Notes: generated by a model not told the origin, from the sequence alone. Positions 11,618-25,395 are shown, counted from the first letter of the stretch. The stretch is 64,000 nt of DNA from Octopus vulgaris (GCA_951406725.2 OX597822.1:64170001-64234000), one strand, 5' to 3'. Translations and numbers: made by a program.

Positions 11618-13212
11618 GTGAGCTAAAATGTACGTACACAAATGTTTGTATGTATGCATGTATATATAAATGTTTGCCAGGGTGTGTGTGTGTATGTGTG
11701 TGTGTGTGTGTGTCCCCGCATACATATATATATATATTTATATATACATGCCTGTATGAATATTATGCATGTATGTATATACCTGTGTGTTTGTGTATTT
11801 ATGCATGTATATACATATGCTTCCCTACCTTCCTACCTTCCTACCTTCCTACCTACCTACCAACATACCTACCTACCAACCTACCTACCTACCTACTTGT
11901 CTTTCTCACGCTGTTCTCATTCCCCCTTATTCACTATAGTCTATCACTCGTTATCTGCTTATTTTCGGCATCTTTTATGCCTTTCACTTTTCTATCTTTC
12001 TAGTTTCACGCCTCTCCCGTCTTTTTCTCTTCCAGACATCTACCCATGTTCAACCAACCGTACTTCCTCATCATTAACTTTTCTTTCGTCATATTCTGCT
12101 CATTTGTCTAGTTTTTCATGTTTAACTCTTTCATTTCCTTTCTACTTTATCTCAAATATATCACAATCTTCGTACCTCCCCTCCCTTTCTCCTTCGCTTT
12201 TCTTTTTTTTTCTTTCCTCGTTCTTTCTCTTATATTCGTTTCTGCCTGCTCGCTCTTTCATTCACTTTTTCCCTTTCTTTCGCCTCACCTTTACTCTTCT
12301 CTTTTCTAGTCCCACCTCTTTCTGCTCGATCTTATTACTTATCCTTATTCTCCTCTTTCCTTCTCAAAATCTGTTCTTACACGTTTTCTAATTTTTCTCT
12401 TCACTCTTTCTTTCCTCGTTTACTTCAGCGTTTTATGATTTCCCTAGTTTATCTTTCCTCCTCTCAACACATTTTCTTAGTCTCTCGATTACCTCTTCAA
12501 TCATTTCTTCTTACTAAACTCTTCCTCTTCAAATTCATATTCACTCACTCCCACAACTCGCCGTCACAAACCATCGTCCGCCATTATCTATCAGACGATA
12601 TCCTCTCCCATTCAACTAAACCGGCTGTCGTTTGGTCTGACCTAGGTCATTTATAGAAAGATGAATAAAAATGATAGCCAGTAGGCAGGGACATCCTAAT
12701 AACCGCACCATTTGACGCGCTCACACGATTTTGCTGGACAATACATGAACGACATTCAAATAAGATTACATCACGATTTTGTGGTGAAATGGATGTTTCT
12801 TTGTAGAGTTACATAGCTGTCTGTTCGTCTAGTCTTATGCATCATGATATTTTTTTCACAACTTGAACGTGCTGGTTGGTTAAATTACATAACTCACACA
12901 GCCAGCCAAACCTACAGAAACACACACTAACGTATGTATGTATGTATGTATGTATGTATGTATGTATGTATGTATGTATGTATGTATGTATGTATGTATG
13001 TATTATCTGTGTGTGTATGTGTGTATGTGTGCGTTCATGCTTGTATGTATGCATGTATGTATGTATACATGCAAAAAAAAGGAATTGGGTACATACATAC
13101 ATACATACATACATACATACATACATACATACATACAAGTACACACCTATCGTATTACGCTACATAACATAATTAGAAAATTCGAAATGTAAACCTATTA
13201 CACCGTCTTATA

Positions 13213-13420
13213 TCTGTTTCTTTATTACAAACAAGGACAGACAAACGGATTAAGTCGATTACATCGACCCCCAGTGTGTAACTGGTACTTAATTTATCGA
13301 TCCCGAAAGGATGAAAGGCAAAGTCGACCTCGGCGGAATTTGAACTCGGAACGTAACGGCAGACGAAATACGGCTACGCATTTCGCCCGGCGTGCTAACG
13401 ATTCTGCCAGCTCGCCGCCT
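13213..13420 (-). mobile_element. SINE family B, young copy
   Basis: Close match to the reverse complement of 22991-23180. Confidence 0.9.
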
Positions 13421-13568
13421 TGCACCGTCTTATATCATCTCTTTGAGGACAGAAAAAGTGACGTCAATTTGACTTATAGCGTAAATTTTGTTTAGTTTTC
13501 ATAGTGTGTGTAAAATCCTGTTATTTTAAAAAATTTCAATGTATTAATTCACGTTATCAGCGCATGTA

Positions 13569-13998
13569 AGATCTTTTCGGTTTGAACGGCAGTTTTTCTA
13601 GCGGTGTCATATGAAATTGTCACCCATAATTATGACCATAGTATCGATCTATTGCATTTCAATCTGTTTTAGGGTTAGGGTTAGGGTTAGAGGTGGGGGG
13701 AAGGGTATCTATTTTTCTTCACAAATGTAAATAAACTCAATCTGTTTCTTAAACGAGGGACATATTCATGCGGCACAGAATGTTTTTTTTTTTTTACCTC
13801 AATAGACGTCACTGATTGGTTGAAATTGCAGAAATTGAAGAAAAAACAACAACAAATATCTTACAATCTATAGAATTTTCTCAATAAAGCCAAGAGAAAA
13901 AGATGTTTTATAAACACATTCTACCAGTATACGAAGTTTAAAATTTTTTAGTTACCTAGAAATTATGTTAAAAACTGCCGTTCAAACCGAAAAGATCC
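13569..13998. mobile_element. Merlin-like MITE, second copy, opposite orientation
   Basis: Same TIRs as 5607-6017. TSD CGCATGTA at 13561-13568 and 13999-14006. (TTAGGG)3 at 13669-13686. Confidence 0.9.
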
Positions 13999-14185
13999 CG
14001 CATGTATATTGTTTTGCTAATTAAAACAAATAGTTTTTGCATGTCCTTGTCTATACACTTCATAAATAACTACAAACCGCTAATCTCGCCCTCGTTGTTT
14101 TTGCTCTCGGAAAGATCAAAACCAGAAGTGTAACCCCCAGATTTGCTGTTTACAACGAGTCCAAAATCGTGTATTTTATATTCAA

Positions 14186-14696
14186 ACTAGCAGTATCGCC
14201 CGGCGTTGCTCGGGTTTGTAAGGGAAATAACTATATAAGCATTTTTAGAGAGTTACTTCCCTTATAAATTCGGGCTTTCTCAGCCATTTTTGTTTTGGTG
14301 TCTTCAAGCCATGAAGTCGTTATTCTAAAAGAACGCTGGTTTCCTTCACAACGCATTACGATGTTGATTTCTTTACACTCCCTTCCCCACAGCTTCACGA
14401 GGGAGGGAAGAAGGGGGAGAAGCAAACAGGTGCAGCTGTGAGCGTGGACGCCAACTCCGCCGCCATCGACACGCGATGCATTTTATGCATTAAAATGGAA
14501 TAAAAAATGATGTTAAATTATTTTTAAAATCGTAGACTCATCGTTGACGCGCGCTAATAGTCAGACGGGCTCGATATGAATCACGACTATAAGATACCCG
14601 AATTTGGTTAAACTGCACCGCAAAATGTGGGAGGAGTTAGGAATCTAAATCGAAGGGGACAGACACTCACACAACTAGAGTTTTATATATATAGAT
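14186..14696. mobile_element. Helentron/HINE (DINE-1-like) non-autonomous element
   Basis: ACTAGCAGTATCGCCCGGCGTTGCTCGGG terminal hairpin at one end and ...CAGACA...TTTTATATATATAGAT at the other. No TIR or TSD. Related ends at ~1735-1850 and ~38310-38480. Confidence 0.6.
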
Positions 14697-15049
14697 ATAT
14701 ATTTTGAGATACATGTAAGCCTCTCCTTCGTGTATGAGCATTTATATACTTTTCTTACCTCTGTATTTGCATTTTATGATTGATGATGATAAACGTACGT
14801 GTAAATATTCCAGTATGGAAGGCTATGAGTGAAACCTTTCTTTGTTTTTATACCTACCTGTATCCAATGCCACGGATAGACATGTGTCTGTTATGTAGTT
14901 TGCAAATCTATTAATCTGTTTGTTAAAATAGTGTTTGTGTGTATATGTGTGTGTGTTCGCGCGCGCGTGCAATTGTACTCCAGTGACTTTTGTATATTTA
15001 TCAGGAATACACAACTAACTAAATAACCACACGTGAAAATATGTGAGTG

Positions 15050-15100
<51 letters not shown>

Positions 15101-15185
15101 TTGTGATGCATCAAAATGTATGAATTCATGCGTATATATGTATATCTGAGTGCATTTGTGTGTGTGTATACATAAAATACAACTA

Positions 15186-15265
<80 letters not shown>

Positions 15266-15307
15266 CATCTATCTATCTTTCTGTATTTCTGTCTGTTTGT
15301 CTGTCTG

Positions 15308-15378
<71 letters not shown>

Positions 15379-15947
15379 ATCTATCTAACTATTCGTCTGT
15401 GTAAGTATATATTTATATACACATGCATGCATAACTATATACTCTTGCATACGCACATACCTTTGTGTGTATTTGTGTGTACAAGTCTTTTTGCATGTTG
15501 GTGTGTTTACATTTCCCTCCAGTGACTTCCGGTGAAGAATTTATGGAATGATGGGGAGCCAATCTACCACACAATGAATGGATTTGTAGGCTGCATGTCG
15601 TTCATTCTTTTGTACCGCTTTTTCCTAGAGAGCCACAACATTCCTAGTCTACCCCGTAAAGTTTTATGTTACAGAACCTAATGCACCGATGGCTACATTT
15701 GTTAATGAGAAGCCGTAGTGAGGATATAGAAGGTAGGGCAACGATTATGAATGGTTGCACAAACAAACAAAGGAAAAAAAAAAATACAAGTATGATTGTA
15801 ACTTCAATGAATAGTGTGACTTTCAGAATGCATTTGTGGCCTTGGGAATTTGCATGAGTTAAACAAAAATTGCGCTGAGAGAAATAACTGACAGTGGTCA
15901 GTAGCATGTATTTGAACAATATAGTAAGATACGGGTATATCAAATAC

Positions 15948-16204
15948 CGGTTGAGGCACGCGGCTTGGTTGTTAGGCTGTCAGCATCATGATCGTAAGTT
16001 TGTGGATTCGATTTCTGGACCGGGCGACGCGTTGTGTTCTTGAGCAAAACACTTCATTTCACGTTGCTCTAGTCCACTCAGCTGGCAAAAATGAGTAACG
16101 CAGCGATGGACTGGCGTCACATCCTGCTGGGGAACACATACGCCATAGAAACCGGGCCCATGATCCTGGCTATGCTTTAAAAGGGCGCAGTAATTTCTTT
16201 ATTT
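15948..16204 (+). mobile_element. SINE family C with 12-bp TSD
   Basis: tRNA-like head and TTGAGCAAAACACTTCATTTCAC body. TSD TATATCAAATAC at 15936-15947 and 16205-16216. Confidence 0.9.
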
Positions 16205-17478
16205 TATATCAAATACTGTACAACATAAATTCTGGATTTGTTAAACTTTGCTCCGATGATGTGCTTTATGGTTTTAGCCTTGGATCTTCACTTTCAAATT
16301 ACAAATCGCTTCATGGCCTACTCGGGCGGTCGACTTATCTATACTCCTGGGCGCTTTTAGCGGAGACCCATCCGTTGTAGGGATTTGGGCCAGATCTTTG
16401 ATTTAATGATGCTTTCCTGTATTGTCTCCTCCCGCGTTATAGAGACGTTGTACGCTAATACCGAGTATGCTCCGGTCACTTAATGGTCATTTGTTAACGA
16501 GAAACCGTAGTGAGGATACAGAAGTCCAGAACAATGATTATGAATGGTTAAACGAAAATTCAAGTTTGAGCGTGATTTCACTGAAGAGCATGAATTTCAG
16601 AATGCATATGTTGTCTTGAGAATTTCCCTGGTGTAAACAAAAATTGCGTTAAGAGAAATAACTCAAGCTTGTTGTATATGAACAACACAAACAGATACAG
16701 TTATATCAAATACTGCACAACATAAACTCTGGATTTATTAAAATCTTCTTCTAGGGGATGTCACACAGTTATCAAGTAGCATTGAGAGCGATTATGACGC
16801 ATCTTCTTGGGAGCAGAAATAATTTAAATAAATTAAGAATTTTTATTGTATGGTATTTAATACACTAGTATTTATCTTTCGGTGGTTCTCAAGCATTTTA
16901 TTTTACTTATAGACCCCTTTGATAATATTAACCATAATATTTACGCGCTATTATTTGTAGCTTTATCTGCATCGAGTTTCACTGTTCCAGAAAAGAATTA
17001 TTTCATGTTACCCCAGATTCGTATGACTCCAACAGAATATATTTACGTATAACTGGGGCACCTAATCCTACGTTCTGAGTACAATAGGTTTAGATGTAAT
17101 CATATAATCAGGGTATAGGGCTTAATATAACGAAGACTATGGGTATTTTCTGTTCTGTGTTAGGGCGTGTTATCACTGTTAATATCGATAGCATTGCCTT
17201 GTGCTCGTAAAGAAATCAATATAACGATCAATTCGTCTAGTAATTCTTTGATATTCAGTCTCGGAAAATAATTCCCCTAATTCGTCGTCCCCCTTGTTCT
17301 ATTGGAACTGGAGTTTGACTCTCACCAGGGGTTAGGCTGCCTGTCATGGCTGACTTGCAGTGCTATGTTACATACATAAATATGCATGTACACACGTCTA
17401 TGTGTGTATGTGTGTGTGTGTGTGTGTGAGTGTGTGTGTGTGTTTGAAATGGTACGATACACAGTTTCCTCAATACAG

Positions 17479-17692
17479 CAGATTAATGAGGTACTCCCAG
17501 GAAACAATGTCAACAACATTCCAAGCTTCGACTGCAACACTGGAACGTATTGGAAAAGAAACCATGTACCTCAAAATTCCACTCGCAAGAAATAACATAA
17601 GTTACCCGTGGTATGCAGGAAATTCAATAAAGTTTAAAGGACGAGATGAAAAAAAAATGGCTGTCCATTCTGAGCTGAACGTGTTTCTATAG
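17479..17692 (+). CDS. Candidate terminal coding exon of an unidentified host gene
   Basis: TTTCCTCAATACAG acceptor, phase-2 start, 70 non-repetitive codons RLMRYSQETM...SELNVFL*, and AATAAA at 17794. Confidence 0.4.
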
Positions 17693-17962
17693 AAACCCAT
17701 TTATCACGTGCAAATTCATGCAGTTACGTATATTACGTAAGTTATAAATGTGTGCCACTTCACCGGGCCCTCGAGTTGCTCCGATAACGAATCAATAAAG
17801 TGACGTACATTTATGACTTACGAAATGCATGTAGCTGCGTGCATTTTGCACCGAATAATTGGGTTGCTACGGAAACACGTGTAGCTCTCTCACTGAACTG
17901 CCTTTGTCCGATCCTTTTAATTAATGAAGTATAAATGCATGCATGTTTGTATGAATGTATGT

Positions 17963-18000
<38 letters not shown>

Positions 18001-18544
18001 ACACACACACATACATATACATATATATGCATAAATATATAAATATACATATATATATATATACGCACACACACACATATATATATATTTGAATGTATGT
18101 GTGTGTTGTATGCAATTTATATACACACACATTTATTTATACATACATACGTACGTACATACATGCATACATACATATGTATATACACATACGTACATAC
18201 ATAATACATACATACATAAGTTCATACATACATATACTTACATATGTGCGTACGTACGTACATACACACACACATACATACATACATACATACATACATA
18301 CATACATACATACATACATACATACATACTTGCATACGTACGTACGTACGTACGTACACACACTGGCGTACGCTACAAGGTAGGTAGGCCCCTCAGAGAC
18401 AGGAAACCAAAATAAAGTTTTAGGGAGGTAAAGAGAAAGAAGAGAGAGGCAGTAGAAATGAAAATTGAAAAGAGAAGGAGGAGAAAAAGATGGGGAAAAT
18501 ATAGATGAAGAAGAGGAGGATGACGATGAAGAGGATAATAATAA

Positions 18545-19020
18545 TAATCCTTTCTACTATAGGTACAAGGCCTGAAATATTCAGGGAGGGGACTGGTAGA
18601 TTTACACAGACTCCAGTGTTTCAGTGCTACTTAATTTATCGACACCGAAAGAATGAAAAGCAAAGTCGACCTCGGCGGAATTTGAACTCAAAACGTAACG
18701 ACTGACAAAATACCACTAAACACTTCGCCCGGCGTGCTAATGATTCTGCAAGCTCGCGGCTTTGGAAGAGGATAATAATAATAATGATGATGACAACAGC
18801 AATAACAATAGTAATAACTGTAACTTCCAAATTTTTGGCAGGGTCTGCAAGTTGTAGGAATAGATGTGTAGTCGATTATATCGATCTCCAGTACTTGATT
18901 GATAATTTATTTTATTGACACTGAAAGAATGAAACGCAAATTTGACCTCGGCAGGATTTGAACTCTGAACGTAAAGAGCTGGAAGAAATACCGCTAAGCA
19001 TGTTGTCCAATTCTGCCAGC
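18545..19020 (-). mobile_element. Two tandem SINE family B copies
   Basis: Family B body at 18545-18760 and 18830-19020. Confidence 0.8.
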
Positions 19021-19829
19021 TAAGAATAATGATAGTAATAAGACGACGAAGAAGGGAGGAGGAGAGAAGATGAGGACGAGGAAAAGAAGTAGGAGATGTA
19101 TGAGGATGAGAAGACGAGGATGAAGAAGAAGACGAATAGGAGGAGGCGGATGGTAGAAACGTAAAAAATACCCTAGAAAATGTGATAGAAAAATATAACA
19201 AACAGAAGAAGAAACAGAAGAAAAGAAAGAAAGAATTCGTGTCTCGTGTTTGCAAAGCAATGTATGACAGAGAAATACAGAAATAGACAGACAGACGTCT
19301 TAGGTTCGGATTTTTGTATAGTTTTTCTTCAATTTTCTACTCGCAGCAATTGGCAGACGACATTTTTACGCTTCACTAAATGTCAACGTAGGGCGAATGA
19401 CGCCTCTATGGCGTGTCTAGGTGAGCATTGCAGACAATGGGTGTTCGTTATTAGTCGTAGTTGGCCAGTTTAACGGTGAAACGAGCCAGTTGTAAAGCTG
19501 GCAGAAGTGATGTTTCAAGGAAAGGCTTAAAGCTTAAGGATTCATACGAACGAGACAAACAATGTAAATAGCGACACCTACTTCTTAACGCTTCAAATGG
19601 AATCATTACTACATGCAATTTCAGTTGCTGCCGTCTCAACCGACCTGTGTTGATTGAAGAGCATTTAGGCCGTGACATAGCACACACACACACACGCACC
19701 CAGACGTACATTCATTTATTCTCTGTCCCTCCCTTACGTCACACATACACACGTTCACGAACACGCACGACCATACATATCCATATATATACTTTCACGC
19801 ATTTGGTCTATCCCTTTCTCTTAGGACTT

Positions 19830-20825
19830 TCTCTTGCTCTCATACGCCAAATATATTTAAGCGCCAACATTCTCTCACATTCTTCTCTCACTCCCTCTTT
19901 GTCCTTCTCTCTCTCTCCTTTATCCTTCTCACTCTCTTTTTCTCCCTTCCTCCCTCCCTCCCTCCCTCTCTCTCTATCATTCACACAAACACATACGATT
20001 TTAAACGTTGGAATATTCATACAAAACTATATAAGAACGCACACTCACATAGATACACATGTACAAACACATGCAGACACAGACATGCACGCACACTCAC
20101 ACACACACGTACAGTCATACGCATCCACTCACATACTTTTATGCATACGGTCCCCTCTATATATCTTTTTTCTTTCTTAGTATTTCTCTTGTTCTCATAC
20201 GCCAAATATATTCAATCGTTTGTATTCTCTCTCATTCTTTCCTCCCCCTCTTCTGTCTCCCGTTATCTCCCTCTTCCCCCTCTCTCCTGCCCTCTCTCTT
20301 TCTCTCTCTCACACACACACACTCATACTCACACATACAAAAACTCAAATGCGATTTTAAGCGTTCAAATATCCATACAAAACACAAAAAGAACGCACAC
20401 TCAAATATAAATAAGAATGCACACATAGACAAACACACACGCGCACACAAACACACACACACACATACACACACGCTCACGCACACACACACACACAATC
20501 ATACACACTCATATGCATATAGATTCATGCATGTGGTCCCGTCTATATCTTCTCTCTTAGTATCTATCTTGTTCTCGTGCGCCATATTTAAACGTTTGCA
20601 TTCTCTCTCTTTCTTTTCTGTCTTTTCTTTCTTTTCTCCCTCTTTCTCTCTCTCTGACCCTCTTGCTCTCTCTCTCTCTCTCTCCCTCTCTTCTCCTACT
20701 CTTCTCTTCCTCTCTCTCTCTCCTTCTCTCACATACAAGCTCACACACGATTTTAAACGTTCAAATCTCTGTACAAAACCGCATAACTACGTGCTCTCAT
20801 ATTGATACAGACGTACACACGCACG

Positions 20826-20882
<57 letters not shown>

Positions 20883-20900
20883 GCAGACACGCACATAAAT
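19830..20900. repeat. Old tandem triplication, ~370-bp unit
   Basis: TCTTG(C/T)TCTC(A/G)T(A/G)CGCCA at ~19832, 20187 and 20567. CGATTTTAA(A/G)CGTT at ~19996, 20352 and 20748. Confidence 0.75.
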
Positions 20901-21272
20901 TCTCATACACTCGACCGCGTTTATACTTACGCAATCAGCCGTTCCCACATGCAAACACGCACCACGCGTTTTTTCCCTCTTTCTCTCCCATCCTAGACAT
21001 GCATTCAAATATACACGCCTTCCTCTTTATATACACACAGCACACACATACATACACGCACGCATACCTAGATACATGCACACACATGCATATTCATATA
21101 TACGTACATACATACATATATACATGCATGCATACACATATTTATACAAACATGCACGCAAATACTTACATATACATACACAAAAACAACTACACTACAT
21201 GCATGCATACATGCACTGACACACAACACACGCACACACATACACACACACACGTACAAACACATACACACA

Positions 21273-22190
21273 CAGGAGTGGCTGTGTGGTAAGTAGCTTG
21301 CTAACCAACCACATGGTTCCGGGTTCAGTCCCACTGCGTGGCATCTTGGGCAAGTATCTTCTGCTATAGCCCCGGGCCGACCAATGCCTTGTGAGTGGAT
21401 TTGGTAGACGGAAACTGAAAGAAGCCTGTCGTATATATATATGTATGTGTGTGTGTTTGTGTGTCTGTGTTTGTTCCCCTAGCATTGCTTGACAACCGAT
21501 GCTGGTGTGTTTACGTCCCCGTCACTTAGCGGTTCGGCAAAAAGAGACCGATAGCATAAGTCCTGGGCTTACAAAAAGAATAAGTCCCGGGGTCGAGTTG
21601 CTCGACTAAAGGCGGTGCTCCAGCATGGCCGCAGTCAAATGACTGAAACAAGTAAAAGAGTAAAAGAGTAAAAGAGTATATACATACACATATACACTTA
21701 CATGCATACACATATATACATATATATATATACATACACACACTCACATATTCACACAATCATTCACGCAACTGCATACATACATATGCACACAAACAAC
21801 CTTGCTAGGCGCAGGAGTGGCTGTGTGGTAAGTAGCTTGCTTACCAACCACATGGTTCCGGGTTCAGTCCCACTGCGTGGCACCTTCGGCAAGTGTCTTC
21901 TACTATACCCTCGGGCCGACCAAAACCGGAAACTGAAAGAAACCTGTCGTATATATGAATATGTATATATGTGTGTGTGTGTGTGTTTGTGTGTCTGTGT
22001 TTGTTCCCCCCACCCCAACATCGCTTGACAACCGATGCTGGTGTGTTTACGTCCGTAGTTAGCGGTTCGGAAAAAGAGACCGATAGAATAAGTACTAGGC
22101 TTACAAAGAATAAGTCCTGGGGTCGATTTGCTCGACTAAAGGCAGTGCTCCAGCATGGCTGCAGCCAAACGACTGAAGCAAGTAAAAGAG
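21273..22190 (+). mobile_element. Two full-length SINE family A copies (21273-21676, 21807-22190)
   Basis: Complete head-microsatellite-tail structure twice. The downstream flanks are also duplicated. Confidence 0.9.
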
Positions 22191-22258
22191 TAATACATGC
22201 ACTTATGCACACACACACACACACATGCATACACACACACATGCATACACATACACAC

Positions 22259-22299
<41 letters not shown>

Positions 22300-22430
22300 C
22301 ATATACATATACGTATATATATATATATATATATACATACACACACTCACATATTCATAGAAACATTCACGCAACTGCATACATGCATATACACACAAAC
22401 AACCTTGCTACATACATGCACTCATGCACG

Positions 22431-22475
<45 letters not shown>

Positions 22476-22990
22476 ACAGACACACACGCACCTCGCACAC
22501 ATACCCTCTCTCACACGACCTCGCCCGCTTTCATAACCGTACACACGCATACAAACAAACACTCGCTCGCACACTCTCTCATATACATACTATCACGCAC
22601 AGCTTCCCCGCAAACGACAAGCACGGCCATGTTATCTCGGAGATACCGATCTGTGTTTAGATGCGTCCGATCTGTTGGTGCTTTGCTGTCAGGAACGTCA
22701 ACCGATTATTAAATCAATTTAGTTTCTATCAACCAATCAACCGAAATATAAGTCTTGTATTGAATACCTGTCTGTCTGTCTGTCTGACTGTATTTATGTA
22801 TGTATGTCTGTCTGACTGTATGTATGTATGTATGTATGTATGTACGTATGTATGTATGTATGTATGTATGTATGTATGTATGTATGTATGTATGTATGTA
22901 TGTGTGTGTGTGTGTATGTATGTATGTGTGTGTGTATGTATGTATGTATGTGTGTATGTATGTATATATATATGTATGTATGTATGTATA

Positions 22991-23220
22991 GGGCGGTGAG
23001 CCGGCAGAATCGTAAGCACGCCGGGCGAAATGTGTAGCCGTATTTCGTCTGCCGTTAAGTTCTGAGTTCAAATTCCGCCGAGGTTGACTTTGCCTTTCAT
23101 CCTTTCGGGGTCGATAATTTAAGTACCAGTTGCGCACTGGAGATCGATGTAATCGACTTAATCCGTTTGTCTGTTCTTGTTTGTCCCCTCTGTGTTTAGC
23201 CCCATGTGGGTAGTAAAGAA

Positions 23221-23221
<1 letters not shown>
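22991..23221 (+). mobile_element. SINE family B, full length, in (TATG)n
   Basis: A and B boxes, GCCTTTCATCCTTTCGGGGTCGATAA body, tail ...TAGTAAAGAAATA. Confidence 0.9.
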
Positions 23222-23251
<30 letters not shown>

Positions 23252-23355
23252 TGTATGTATGTATGTATGTATGTATGTATGTATGTATGTATGTATGTCC
23301 GTTTGTTTGTCTGTCCGTTTGCCCATCTGTCTATCTATCAATCAATCAATCTCTC

Positions 23356-23425
<70 letters not shown>

Positions 23426-23487
23426 AATTAGCAAATCCACTCTCCAGTTAAGCGAAGCATGTAAAAAAACGTGATATGAAAATAAAT

Positions 23488-23667
23488 CATTATTTACATT
23501 ATTTACATTTGACGGATATTTGTCCTCATCTTGTTTGTTGTCAACACGTTTCAGCTGATATACCCTCCAGCCTTCATCAGGTGCCTTGGGGAAATTTCCA
23601 ACCTGGGTTCTCATTCCTAAGGTAGTTTTCGTTGTTGTTGTTGTTATTGTTGTTGTTGTTGTTGTTG

Positions 23668-23765
<98 letters not shown>

Positions 23766-23936
23766 GAGGTCATTTCCTGGAATCGAACTCGAAATCTTGG
23801 GGTTAGTAGCTCGCGCTCTTAACCACTACGCCATATGCCCGTGGCCAACAAACAAGATGAGGACAAATATCCGTCAAATGTAAATATTGTAAATAATGTA
23901 AATAATGTACATAATTCCTCATCACTTAAATATAGA
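23488..23936 (-). mobile_element. Composite tRNA-head/(AAT)n/hammerhead element, copy 1, with inverted 3' end at its 5' side
   Basis: Head 23768-23840, HHR 23543-23585, inverted duplicate of the 3' end at 23846-23936. TSD ATGAAAATAAAT at 23476-23487 and 23937-23948. Confidence 0.85.
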
Positions 23937-24282
23937 ATGAAAATAAATGTTGCATAGAATAAGACGAAGAGAAGGACCCAGCAAAGAAATGTCAACATTG
24001 GATGATTCTGAAATAAAATAAACCACAGAGATTGTTCTTCTTGGCGGTCTAATTCCAAGTGGATTGGTATACGGGAAGAGATGGGTCTGATTAGTATCCA
24101 CAACTAAGGACGAGCGGATTATCAGCTAACTGGGCTGTGCAAAGTCCTCAATTCTCCAGTCCATTGTATCAATCTTGTATTTAATTTTATCAGCCGCGGA
24201 AAGTAAAAGAATTATTGTAACTTGGTTGAGTCATCGCAACTGCTTTGATACACGAGCGATTTACTATCTATTTTATTATGGA

Positions 24283-24625
24283 TAGGCGCATGGCTCAGTG
24301 GTTAGAGCGTCGTGCTCACAATCATGAGTCACATAGTTCGATTCCTGCACCGGGATGTCTGTTGTACTCTTGAGTAAGGCACTTTATTTCACGTTGCTCC
24401 AATTCACTCAGCTGTAGAAATGAGTTGCGACGTCACAGGTGCCAAGCTGTATCGGCTTTTGCTTTTCCCTTGGATAACATCAGTGGCGTGGAGAGGGGAA
24501 ACTGGTATGTATGGACAACGGCTGGTCTTCCATAAACAACCTTGTCCGGACTTGTGTCTCGGAGGGGGACTTTCTAGGTGCAATTCCATTGTCATTCACG
24601 ATCGAAGCGGTGTCTTTTACCCTGA
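24283..24625 (+). mobile_element. SINE with family C head/core and a distinct tail
   Basis: GGCGCATGGCTCAGTGGTTAGAGCG...TTGCTCCAATTCACTCAGCTGTAGAAATGAG. Confidence 0.75.
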
Positions 24626-24937
24626 CCCTAAAATAAGTTAGGTCAAGTGTCATAACGGAATACAACGGTATTTTATGCAGCACTAGTAAATATAATTGTT
24701 TTGATAAAATCAACCCAGACCCTTTAAGGAAACAGGCAATTTTATCTATTCTGTATTACCCCTATTTATGTTCTAAGATTTTTAATGTATCAAAGTTTCC
24801 CGTCGAAGCCTTAAAAATATCAAATTCATGGTACATCTAATTGCTAATATTCTATACTCAATCTTTACTGTTTTGAGAAATTTTCTAATGTCATGGTTGG
24901 AGTGTGAATTTGATAAATGTTTGGTGTAATAGTAATA

Positions 24938-25260
24938 TAAATGATGTTTGATAGCGTTAAATGATATTTGATAGCTCCAAATCGTATTTTATGGTGTTAA
25001 ATGATATTTTATAGTTACTAATGGCATCAGATGGTGTGAAATATATGTTCAAGTAGTATTAAATAGTATTACAGTGGCATTTCAGGTCTTAAATGGTGTT
25101 TGATACACTTAAATAATATCAGACGGTGTTAAATAGCATTTGATTATCTGAAATGGTATTCGGCGCTGATAAATAGCATTTGATACGCTTCAACTTTACC
25201 TGATGTGTTCAATGGTATTTCATGGCGTTAAATGATATCTGATAACGTTAAGTGGTATTT
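24938..25260. repeat. Degenerate 20-bp minisatellite (consensus ~AAATGGTATTTGATAGCGTT), about 15 units
   Basis: AAAT recurs at ~20-bp spacing, e.g. AAATGATGTTTGATAGCGTT AAATGATATTTGATAGCTCC AAATCGTATTTTATGGTGTT. Confidence 0.75.
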
Positions 25261-25395
25261 TTTTATATATTTTACCGTCGCCATCCGCCATTCTAGATTG
25301 CTTTAGGTGTTTTTTTTTGTTTTGTTTTTTTGCTAACATACTAGATGAGAAGAGTGCAAGCCCTTATCCCTACATACCTGTATTATTTGTAGGAA

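Noticed and set aside
22600-22715. Unique island with open frames and splice-like sites on both strands
   Set aside because: Strand and frame are ambiguous and there is no recognisable homology.
23768-23840. tRNA gene (also 27318-27388, 59420-59483 and other SINE heads)
   Set aside because: A and B boxes are present, but the acceptor stem is poor, copies differ by indels, and each is fused to a repeat body. These are SINE heads.
24938-25260. CRISPR-like array
   Set aside because: Units are contiguous and degenerate with no spacers; the context is eukaryotic and there are no cas genes.
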